NCBI GenBank assembly: GCA_964584335.1
Contig: CAZOZN010000001.1
Location: 275,882-339,881, forward strand
Length of the DNA stretch: 64,000 nt
Source: an uncultured archaeon
GTDB taxonomy: Archaea; Aenigmatarchaeota; Aenigmatarchaeia; PWEA01; JAGHBM01
Reading direction: 5' to 3'
Shown: piece by piece, positions 56,532-64,000 of the stretch
Position numbering within the stretch: position 1 is the first letter of the stretch
How the letters are laid out: each line of letters starts with the position of its first letter
Position numbers and translations under genes: made by a program
Notes under the pieces: model-generated
Told to the model about the DNA's origin: nothing
The model's input: the letters and a program-made list of their open reading frames with translations, nothing else
Databases searched by the model: none

Positions 56532-58292
56532 ATGTGCGGAATTATCGGCTATTTAGGAGAAAAAAATGCAGCATCCATAATATTCTCTGGCTTAAGAAAA
56601 CTTGAATATAGGGGATACGACTCTGCGGGCATCTGCACTGTTGAAAAAAACAAGCTTCATATAAAAAAAGATGCGGGAAAAATAGACGAGATACAACACA
56701 AACTAAATTTAAAGGACCTGCCGGGTTGCACCGGAATAGGTCACACTAGGTGGGCAACTCACGGTAGTGTCACAAGAGAAAACGCGCATCCCCATACTAA
56801 CCCAGAGAGAGACTTGGCGATAGTGCATAATGGAATAATAGAAAACTATCAAGACCTTAAAAAATTACTCAAGGATGAAACAAAGTCAGAAACAGACTCA
56901 GAAATAATAGCGCATCTAATAGGAGAAAAAATGAACAGTGGTTTTGATTTTGATGATGCATCAAGAGAAGTACTAAAAATGTTGGAAGGACATTTTGCCC
57001 TGCTAATATTGAACAGAAAAGAAAAAAAAATTATTGCCGCGAGAAGAGGTTCTCCTCTCGTTATAGGTGTTGGTAAAGGAGAGTATTTTCCTGCTTCGGA
57101 TATACCGGCATTTCTTGATTATACAAAAAAAGTAGTTTATCTATACGATAATGATTTTGTGGTAATAGACAAAGAAGGTATGAATTTTTTCAATCTGGAA
57201 AAGGGTAAGGTAAAAAGGAAATTGTCAACGGTTGATTGGGATTCTAAACAGGCAAAAAAAGGAAAGTTTGAGCATTTTATGATAAAAGAAATAGTGGAAC
57301 AGACAAAAACTATACAAAAAGCCATAAACCAAAGGGAAGAGGAGATAAAAGAAGTTGTAGATTATATAAAAAACTCAAGAGGTATTTTTTTCGTTGGCTG
57401 TGGGACAGCATATCATGCCTGTCTTACAGGAAGTTATATTTTTTCAAAGGTTGCAAAAAAGCATGTTAATGTGGTATCAGGTTCCGAGTTTCCTCATTTT
57501 GAGCATTTCTTAACCGACAAAGCTCTAGTTATAGCAGTTTCACAGTCAGGTGAGACTGCAGATGTTTTGGATGCAGTAAAAACGGCAAGAAAAAAAGGAA
57601 GCCGTGTACTGTCAATAGTAAATGTTATGGGTTCATCTCTTACAAGAAATTCAGACAAATTCTTATTGACTCAGTCGGGACCAGAAATATGCGTTTTATC
57701 AACTAAGGCATATACCGCACAGCTTGCTCTGCTCCTTTTAATAGCATATGCTTGTGCCGGAAAACTTGAAGAAGGAAGAAAACAATTAAAGAATCTTTAT
57801 AATCTTGTTTATGACCTTACAGCTGAAAGCAGAAGAAACAAATTAAAAAAGCTTGCAGAGAAATTAAAGAAAAAAAACCATATGTTCACGATAGGGAGAG
57901 GACTTATGTACCCCACGGCACTGGAAGCTGCGTTGAAACTTAAAGAAGTATCTTACATACACACAGAAGGCTTTGCTGGAGGGGACCTTAAGCACGGACC
58001 AATAGCACTGATAGAAAACGGGACACCCTGCATAACATTTGTATCAAAAGAAGGTGAAAAAGAAACATTGTCAAACGCTATTGAAATAAAAAGCAGGGGC
58101 GGTTACATAATAGGGGTTGGCTCTGAAGAAAACAGTATTTTTGATTATTTTATAAAAGTTCCCTATTCAAACGGGTGTGATCCCATAACACACATAATAC
58201 CAATACAGATTCTAGCTTACCAGCTTGCTTTATTAAGAGGTTGTGACCCGGACAAACCAAGAAACCTTGCAAAAAGTGTGACAGTAAAATGA
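56532..58292 (+). CDS. glmS: Glutamine--fructose-6-phosphate aminotransferase
   Basis: MCGIIG, LEYRGYDSAG, GHTRWATHG, SQSGET and PRNLAKSVTV. Confidence 0.96.
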   Translation: MCGIIGYLGEKNAASIIFSGLRKLEYRGYDSAGICTVEKNKLHIKKDAGKIDEIQHKLNLKDLPGCTGIGHTRWATHGSVTRENAHPHTNPERDLAIVHNGIIENYQDLKKLLKDETKSETDSEIIAHLIGEKMNSGFDFDDASREVLKMLEGHFALLILNRKEKKIIAARRGSPLVIGVGKGEYFPASDIPAFLDYTKKVVYLYDNDFVVIDKEGMNFFNLEKGKVKRKLSTVDWDSKQAKKGKFEHFMIKEIVEQTKTIQKAINQREEEIKEVVDYIKNSRGIFFVGCGTAYHACLTGSYIFSKVAKKHVNVVSGSEFPHFEHFLTDKALVIAVSQSGETADVLDAVKTARKKGSRVLSIVNVMGSSLTRNSDKFLLTQSGPEICVLSTKAYTAQLALLLLIAYACAGKLEEGRKQLKNLYNLVYDLTAESRRNKLKKLAEKLKKKNHMFTIGRGLMYPTALEAALKLKEVSYIHTEGFAGGDLKHGPIALIENGTPCITFVSKEGEKETLSNAIEIKSRGGYIIGVGSEENSIFDYFIKVPYSNGCDPITHIIPIQILAYQLALLRGCDPDKPRNLAKSVTVK

Positions 58293-58831
58293 TAATAGAA
58301 AGACCATACTTTGATAATTATATTAAAGACCCTTTGGGTGCTTTCAAGAAAAAGGATAAGTTTCTGGGAAGAAGAAAATACAGACATGGAGAAGTTAGAA
58401 TAATACATCCTGTAATAATAGAATCTCCTTCATATATAGGACCCGACTGTACAATTGGACCGTTTTCATATATAAGAGAAGGAACTTATCTCGAAGGTAA
58501 TAATCATATTGGAAACTCAAGCGAGGTAAAAAATTCTATAGTTCTGGAAGGAACGAATCTGCCCCACTTCAACTATGTTGGAGATTCTATAATAGGAAAA
58601 AACTGTAATCTGGGGGCCGGAACAAAGACTGCGAATCTTAGACTTGACGAAAAGGAAGTCAAAATTGGTAAAAAATATTCTGGACTTAGAAAATTGGGAG
58701 TAATAATGGGAGATAATGTAAAAACTGGAATAAATGTTTCCTTGTACCCCGGCGAAATTTTTGAATCATATACTTTTATTTACAATGATATAAGAAAAAA
58801 CAGAATAGTAAAAAAAGTGGATGAACCATGA
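58289..58831 (+). CDS. Hexapeptide-repeat acetyltransferase (archaeal GlmU C-terminal domain)
   Basis: IGPFSYIR, EVKNS, PHFNYVGDSIIG, NLGAGTKTANLR and RKLG...GDNVKTGIN. Confidence 0.85.
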   Translation: MIIERPYFDNYIKDPLGAFKKKDKFLGRRKYRHGEVRIIHPVIIESPSYIGPDCTIGPFSYIREGTYLEGNNHIGNSSEVKNSIVLEGTNLPHFNYVGDSIIGKNCNLGAGTKTANLRLDEKEVKIGKKYSGLRKLGVIMGDNVKTGINVSLYPGEIFESYTFIYNDIRKNRIVKKVDEP

Positions 58832-59508
58832 AAGCAGTTATTCTTGCCGGCGGTAAAGGTAGCAGAATGAAAGAACTTACGGAAAACTTGCCAAAGGCGA
58901 TGTTGCCAATTCAAGAAAAACCAATGCTCCAGGTTATTATTGAAAATATCCGGGAAGCAGGAATAAAAGATTTCGTTGTGCTGGTTTCTTACAAAAAGGA
59001 AAAAATTATTAACTATTTCGGTAATGGAGACAAACTTGATGTAAAAATAGAATACGCTTATCAAGAAGAACCAAAAGGAACTGCGGATGCCCTGGGTTGT
59101 GTCGAAGAACTAATAGAAGACGACTTATTTTTTATGATACATGGCGACGTTATCATAGAAACTGATGAAATAAAAGATATTTTGGAAAGAAAAAAGCCAT
59201 TAATTTGCCTAAAAAAAGTTAATGACCCGAGAAGGTTTGGGGTAGTCGAAATAAAAAACGAGAAAGTTTCCAGAATAGTTGAGAAATCTGAAAACCCTCC
59301 TTCGAACTTAATAAACACGGGTGTTTTCTTATTGCCTAGAGAAATTTTTGATGCGATAAAAGAAACACCCATTTCCGAGAGAGGCGAATTTGAACTGACA
59401 GACTCATTGGAAATAATGATAAATAAGGGAATTGATTTGGGATATCACATACTTGAAGAAACTACAGATATAGGAACAAAGGAAATTTACATAAAAAATA
59501 AAGATTAA
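58828..59508 (+). CDS. Sugar-phosphate nucleotidyltransferase (archaeal GlmU N-terminal domain)
   Basis: KAVILAGGKGSRM, PKAM, QEEPKGTADA and SERGEFELTD. Confidence 0.87.
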   Translation: MKAVILAGGKGSRMKELTENLPKAMLPIQEKPMLQVIIENIREAGIKDFVVLVSYKKEKIINYFGNGDKLDVKIEYAYQEEPKGTADALGCVEELIEDDLFFMIHGDVIIETDEIKDILERKKPLICLKKVNDPRRFGVVEIKNEKVSRIVEKSENPPSNLINTGVFLLPREIFDAIKETPISERGEFELTDSLEIMINKGIDLGYHILEETTDIGTKEIYIKNKD

Positions 59509-59532
59509 ATTCTTAACTGTTTTAATATTATT

Positions 59533-59922
59533 ATGGAAACAGGTTTTTGTGCAAATTGTAGTCCGTCTGAATTTGAAAGATGTATAAAAGATATTGTGGA
59601 TGAGAATTCGGTATTATACAAAAAGGGAATATGGTCCAGACTTTTTAATCCGTATGAAAATTCATTCGCAGTGTGGTATAAACAAAAACCAATGATTATA
59701 GAAAGAAAGGATGTTTCTATAGACACCTTTCAGCCAGATTTTATGCCAGAATACTCAGGTTTTAGCTGCGCAATTCAGGCAACTATGGGGTCCGAACAGG
59801 AATATGTTCCAAGAACAGAAGTTATTATAAAATACAAGCCACTAAAGGAAAATGATGACACTGTTTTTGATTTCATAAAAGAACTGGATAATAAGATACA
59901 ATCAAGTAAAAACAATTTATAA
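59533..59922 (+). CDS. Hypothetical protein
   Basis: 129-aa ORF, N-terminal CANC. Confidence 0.5.
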   Translation: METGFCANCSPSEFERCIKDIVDENSVLYKKGIWSRLFNPYENSFAVWYKQKPMIIERKDVSIDTFQPDFMPEYSGFSCAIQATMGSEQEYVPRTEVIIKYKPLKENDDTVFDFIKELDNKIQSSKNNL

Positions 59923-59942
59923 ATTCTTTTCTTATTCTTATC

Positions 59943-60323
59943 ATGAAGGTAATACTGGATACAAACTTTTTCATTTTACCGGGAAAATTAAAGATAGACA
60001 TATTTTCAGAGATAGATAGAATAATAGACGAAAAATATGAAATCGTAACTATCAAACCTGTTATAAACGAGCTTCGTGGACTTGCGAGAGAAAAAGGCAA
60101 GAAAGGCATGCATGCCAAATTAGGTCTCCAGCTTATAGAAAAAAAGAAAGTAAAAATATTAAAAACCAGGGAAAGAGACGCGGACAAAGCGATTTTAAAG
60201 GCATCAGAAAAAGAAGATGATGTGATAGTTGGAACCTTGGACAAAGAACTTAGAAAAAAATTAGAGAAGTCCAACAAAAAAACAATATATTTAAGAGCGA
60301 AAAAATACTTAGTGTTAGGTTGA
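59943..60323 (+). CDS. PIN-domain protein (Fcf1/Utp24-like)
   Basis: VILDTNF...EL...DADKAI...TLDKELR; syntenic with rpoE'. Confidence 0.88.
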   Translation: MKVILDTNFFILPGKLKIDIFSEIDRIIDEKYEIVTIKPVINELRGLAREKGKKGMHAKLGLQLIEKKKVKILKTRERDADKAILKASEKEDDVIVGTLDKELRKKLEKSNKKTIYLRAKKYLVLG

Positions 60324-60327
60324 TTTT

Positions 60328-60864
60328 ATGAATTCTGTAAACTTGTGGCATGATATAAAGAAAGATAAATCATCACCCAAAATAGTAAAGGTTGTAGTAG
60401 AAACGCCAATGGGCTCAAGAAACAAATACGAGTACGACAAAAAATACAACTCGATGAAGCTAGATAGAATACTTTATTCGCCGGTGCATTATCCCGGTGA
60501 TTACGGTTTCATACCGAGAACATACGGAGAAGATGGTGACCCCCTGGATGTAATGGTACTGGTAACGGAACCGACATATCCTGGGATAATAATGAGAGCA
60601 AGACCTGTTGCACTGCTAAGGATGGTAGATGAAAATGTTTACGATGATAAAATAATATGTGTCCCACTAAATGACCCAAGAAACAAAAAAATAAGGGACA
60701 AGAAAGACCTTCCTCCGCATGTTTTAGAGGAAATAGAACACTTTTTTAACGTATATAAACATTTGGAAGGTAAAAATGTAAACACGAAAGGATGGAAAGA
60801 TAACAATAAAGCAAGAAAAGTTATCGAACATGCAACAAGGTTATATAAAAGAAAATTCAGCTAA
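60328..60864 (+). CDS. ppa: Inorganic pyrophosphatase (family I)
   Basis: KYEYDK, YPGDYGFIP, DGDPLD and DDK. Confidence 0.95.
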   Translation: MNSVNLWHDIKKDKSSPKIVKVVVETPMGSRNKYEYDKKYNSMKLDRILYSPVHYPGDYGFIPRTYGEDGDPLDVMVLVTEPTYPGIIMRARPVALLRMVDENVYDDKIICVPLNDPRNKKIRDKKDLPPHVLEEIEHFFNVYKHLEGKNVNTKGWKDNNKARKVIEHATRLYKRKFS

Positions 60865-60879
60865 TTAGAGGGTGTAAGA

Positions 60880-61452
60880 ATGTTTAAGATAATAGAAGTA
60901 GAAGACTCTGTAAGAGTGCCACCAGAGAAATTTGGCAAAGACCTTGAAGAGTCTATAGGAGAAAGTGTACAGGAAAAATTTGAAGGTGTTTTCACTCCAG
61001 ACCTTGGAATAGTCTTGAACCTAGACGGAATAAAAGAAGTAGGAGAAGGTAAACTTATACCGGAAGATGGTGGAGTTTACTATTCAGCCAAGTTCAAACT
61101 TCTTGTATACATACCAGAGGAACATGAAATAACAATAGGAGAGGTAGTTGATATAACAGAATTTGGTGCTTTTGTTAGGATAGGTCCTGTTGATGCAATG
61201 ACACACATATCCCAAATAATGAATGATTATGTTAGTTATGATAAGAAAAATTCTACCTTAGTGGGTAGAGACAACAAAAAAACTCTGAAAGAAGGAGACA
61301 TAGTGAGAGCCAGAGTCATATCAGTTTCATTCACAAAGAACAACAGAGTAGGATTGACAATGAGACAGAATCGTTTGGGTGCTCTAAAATGGATGGAAGA
61401 CGAAAAGAAAAAAGAAGATCAGAAACAAAACAAAGAAGAAAATAAAAAATAG
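60880..61452 (+). CDS. rpoE1: RNA polymerase subunit E' (Rpo7)
   Basis: VRVPP, EGKLIPEDGG, FGAFVRIGP and GLTMRQ. Confidence 0.95.
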   Translation: MFKIIEVEDSVRVPPEKFGKDLEESIGESVQEKFEGVFTPDLGIVLNLDGIKEVGEGKLIPEDGGVYYSAKFKLLVYIPEEHEITIGEVVDITEFGAFVRIGPVDAMTHISQIMNDYVSYDKKNSTLVGRDNKKTLKEGDIVRARVISVSFTKNNRVGLTMRQNRLGALKWMEDEKKKEDQKQNKEENKK

Positions 61453-61460
61453 GTGATATT

Positions 61461-61652
61461 ATGGTCAGAGAAAAAGTATGTTCGGAATGCAAGAGATTTG
61501 TAAGGGGTGATATGTGTCCCGCATGCAAGACTTCAAAATTAACCAGAAACTGGAAGGGGTCTGCCATTATAATAGACCCGGAAAGTGAAATAGCAGAAAC
61601 ACTTGGAATAGAAGCTCCCGGAAGATATGCAATTTCTATATCTAAATTTTAG
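61461..61652 (+). CDS. spt4: Transcription elongation factor Spt4 (RpoE'')
   Basis: CSEC...CPAC...WKG...SEIA...PGRYA. Confidence 0.93.
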   Translation: MVREKVCSECKRFVRGDMCPACKTSKLTRNWKGSAIIIDPESEIAETLGIEAPGRYAISISKF

Positions 61653-61661
61653 GTGATCAAA

Positions 61662-62180
61662 ATGAAAATAAAAATTACAGACACTAAGAAAAATCCTTTG
61701 ATGAAAAGAGAAGAAATTAAAGGAATTATAGAACACGAAGGAATGCCAACTCCTTCAAGAGCATCATTGCAAAAATACATATCAAAGGAAAATAAAATAG
61801 AGCAAAAACATGTCGACATAAGAAAGGTTTTCTCGGCTTCAGGAAGAGAGGACGCCAAGCTCATAGCATATATTTGGAAAGAAAAAGAGGTTCCTATATT
61901 AGCAGAAAAGAAATCCGAAGAGTCAAAGAAGGAAGAAACTAAAGAGAAGCCTAAAGAAGAGCCGGACAAAAAAGAATCTAAAGAAGAAAAGAAACCAGAA
62001 AAGGAAGAAAAACCTGAAGAGAAGAAAGAGGAAAAACCTGAAAAAGAGCCTGAAGAAAAGAAAGAAGAACCAAAAAAAGAGGAAAAGAAAGAGAAAAAGA
62101 ATAAAGAAAAAGAAGAACCAAAAAAAGAAACTTCCAAAGAGGACAAGAAAACAGAAAAGAAAGAAGACAAAAAGAAATAA
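61662..62180 (+). CDS. rps24e: Ribosomal protein S24e with ~95-aa Lys/Glu/Pro tail
   Basis: KKNPLMKREEI...HEGMPTPSR; syntenic after spt4. Confidence 0.9.
   Translation: MKIKITDTKKNPLMKREEIKGIIEHEGMPTPSRASLQKYISKENKIEQKHVDIRKVFSASGREDAKLIAYIWKEKEVPILAEKKSEESKKEETKEKPKEEPDKKESKEEKKPEKEEKPEEKKEEKPEKEPEEKKEEPKKEEKKEKKNKEKEEPKKETSKEDKKTEKKEDKKK
61944..62167 (+). repeat. Tail cassette copy 2 (224 bp), direct repeat of 52424-52650
   Basis: Same hand alignment as copy 1. Confidence 0.92.
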
Positions 62181-62206
62181 AAAATCTAAAACAATAGGTC
62201 TGTTTC

Positions 62207-62860
62207 ATGTATATCATAATAGTAGGTGCAGGTGGTATAGGGAAGAAGCTTGTGCAACTTGCTCTGAAAGACAAGAACAATGTTATTGTAGTAGAAAAAG
62301 AACAGGAAAAATGCGAAGAGCTGGCAAGGAAGCAGGATGTTATAATAATAAACGCTGATGCTACAAAAGAAGAAACACTAAAAGAGGCTGAAATTAAAAA
62401 AGCTGATGCCCTTATAGCCACGACCGAAGACGATTCAATAAATTTAATGATAGTTTCTCTGGCGAAAAACATGAATGTGCCCATGCTTATTTCTGTGGTT
62501 AACAAAGAAGAAGCAAAACCTATGTTTGAGGAAAAGAAAGTTAATATAGTAAAAAATCCAGACGACCTAATGGCCGAATATCTATACAAATCACTCAAAC
62601 ATCCAACTGTTGACGACTTCATGCACGTTGGTGAAAATGCAGAGATGTTTACACTCCCTCTCTCAATGAAATCAAAATTCTCCGGAAAAAGTATCAAAAA
62701 AATCAAACTTCCTAAAAAATGCCTTATAGTAGCAATAGAAAGGGAAAAGGAATTTATAATACCGACAAACGAGGTAGAAATATATCCAGGAGACAAGATA
62801 ACTATACTGGCACCTTCAAAACAAGTTGACAAAGTAGCAAAGTTACTGGCGGGCAATTAG
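62207..62860 (+). CDS. trkA: TrkA family K+ uptake regulatory subunit
   Basis: IVGAGGIG RCK-N domain, DAT...L..A...AD, and RCK-C domain. Confidence 0.92.
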   Translation: MYIIIVGAGGIGKKLVQLALKDKNNVIVVEKEQEKCEELARKQDVIIINADATKEETLKEAEIKKADALIATTEDDSINLMIVSLAKNMNVPMLISVVNKEEAKPMFEEKKVNIVKNPDDLMAEYLYKSLKHPTVDDFMHVGENAEMFTLPLSMKSKFSGKSIKKIKLPKKCLIVAIEREKEFIIPTNEVEIYPGDKITILAPSKQVDKVAKLLAGN

Positions 62861-62915
62861 ACTTCTATATTCTTTTTTTAAAGTATAAAATAACTATTAT
62901 TCAAAGGTGTGTTTA

Positions 62916-64000
62916 TTGAGGGAAAGCATAAAAATAATATCAAGGGACCTTGGCTCTCTTCTTCTTGTTGGAGGAGTGCTATCAATTTTTACAATTATAA
63001 TACCATTTATCTTTAACGAGCTTGATGCAATAACACCCCTATTAATGACTACGGGCGTTTTTTTTCTTTCGGGAGGGCTTCTTTATATATCTGGAAGAAC
63101 AGAGGCTGAAACCAACTTCAAGAACGCAATGATAATAGCAGCTTTGGGTTGGCTTCTAATATCCGTTATAGGTTCTATCCCGTTTCTGTATATGTCTGAA
63201 TATGGAACAGGAGAAGGCATGGAACCTGTTGATGCTGTTTTTGAATCTTTTGCAGGATGGACTGGCACAGGCTTCAGTATGGTCTCAAACGAGGGAAAAC
63301 TTCCTTACACATTACAGTTCTGGCGTTCCTTAATACAGTGGGTGGGTGGTGTTGGTGTTATAGTTCTCACACTGGCTATACTCGCAAGACCCGGAACGGG
63401 TTCCTTTACCCTTTACAAATCGGAAGCGAGAGAGGAAAAAATGCACCCGTCAATACTTTCTACCGTTAAATCGATATGGTGGATATTTATAATTTACACG
63501 ATGCTTGGAATATCTCTTTTCTATATAACAGGCATGCCGCTTTGGGAATCAATAAATCATTGTATGACTGGTCTTTCTACGGGAGGATTCTCTATAACTG
63601 ACGAAAGCATGACCTATTACGGCTTCTGGACACAAGCTGCTATAATGATTATGATGGTAATTGGTGCAATAGCTTTCGCCGCACACCACAATCTTTTCAA
63701 GGGCAAGATTAGAAAGTTTTTTTCTGACCCCCAAGTGAAGGCACTAATCATATTGATAATATTCGGGGGCCTTTTACTATCAATCGTAAACTTCTTAACT
63801 CTTAACTACAGCAACTTCTTCGAGTCATTGAAAGATTCCATGTTTCAATACATATCCGCAATATCTTGCACTGGTTTCTACTCTGCTAACATTTCTTCTT
63901 GGAGTGACACGGCAAAACTATTGCTATCAATGGCAATGATAGTAGGAGGTGCCGCAGGTTCTACTGCGGGTGGTATAAAACTATTCAGAATAATATTACT
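62916..64000 (+). CDS. trkH: TrkH family K+ uptake membrane subunit, partial, runs off window end
   Basis: Manual translation from TTG 62916: ...FESFAGWTGTG...FWRSLIQWVGGVG...STGGFS...GGAAGSTAGGIK. Confidence 0.9.
   Translation, partial: MRESIKIISRDLGSLLLVGGVLSIFTIIIPFIFNELDAITPLLMTTGVFFLSGGLLYISGRTEAETNFKNAMIIAALGWLLISVIGSIPFLYMSEYGTGEGMEPVDAVFESFAGWTGTGFSMVSNEGKLPYTLQFWRSLIQWVGGVGVIVLTLAILARPGTGSFTLYKSEAREEKMHPSILSTVKSIWWIFIIYTMLGISLFYITGMPLWESINHCMTGLSTGGFSITDESMTYYGFWTQAAIMIMMVIGAIAFAAHHNLFKGKIRKFFSDPQVKALIILIIFGGLLLSIVNFLTLNYSNFFESLKDSMFQYISAISCTGFYSANISSWSDTAKLLLSMAMIVGGAAGSTAGGIKLFRIIL

Overview
AT-rich archaeal chromosomal window with GGTGA-type Shine-Dalgarno sites, TATA-like promoters and many apparently leaderless first genes. 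The gene style (class I LysRS, Lys/Glu-tailed ribosomal proteins, many small orphans) suggests a DPANN lineage such as Aenigmarchaeota; this is inference only. Contents in order: a partial cation-chloride/amino-acid permease, an M20/M28-peptidase fusion protein, small membrane orphans, a prepilin peptidase and a tRNA-Pro(TGG) with two introns. Next is an Mrp-Mbh membrane-bound [NiFe]-hydrogenase operon (mbhA-M) with a pilin/DUF2341/LamG gene embedded in it and a thermonuclease gene where mbhN usually sits. Then come a GATase-Dph6 pair, a radical SAM gene, a large redox/oxygen-defence island, the displaced mbhN, and hydrogenase maturation genes with atypical HypC-like proteins. The rest holds lysS, gpmI, glnA and the archaeal rpl7ae-rps28e-rpl24e...infB-rps6e-eIF2g-PIN-ppa-rpoE'-spt4-rps24e cluster, interrupted by insertions (transketolase, glmS with a split and reversed glmU), followed by trkA/trkH. 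The most striking observation is a ~225-bp near-identical cassette encoding the same ~75-aa Lys/Glu/Pro tail, fused in frame to two unrelated ribosomal protein genes (rps6e and rps24e) about 9.5 kb apart. No CRISPR array, rRNA, integrase or transposase was seen. All family assignments come from motif recognition, not database searches.
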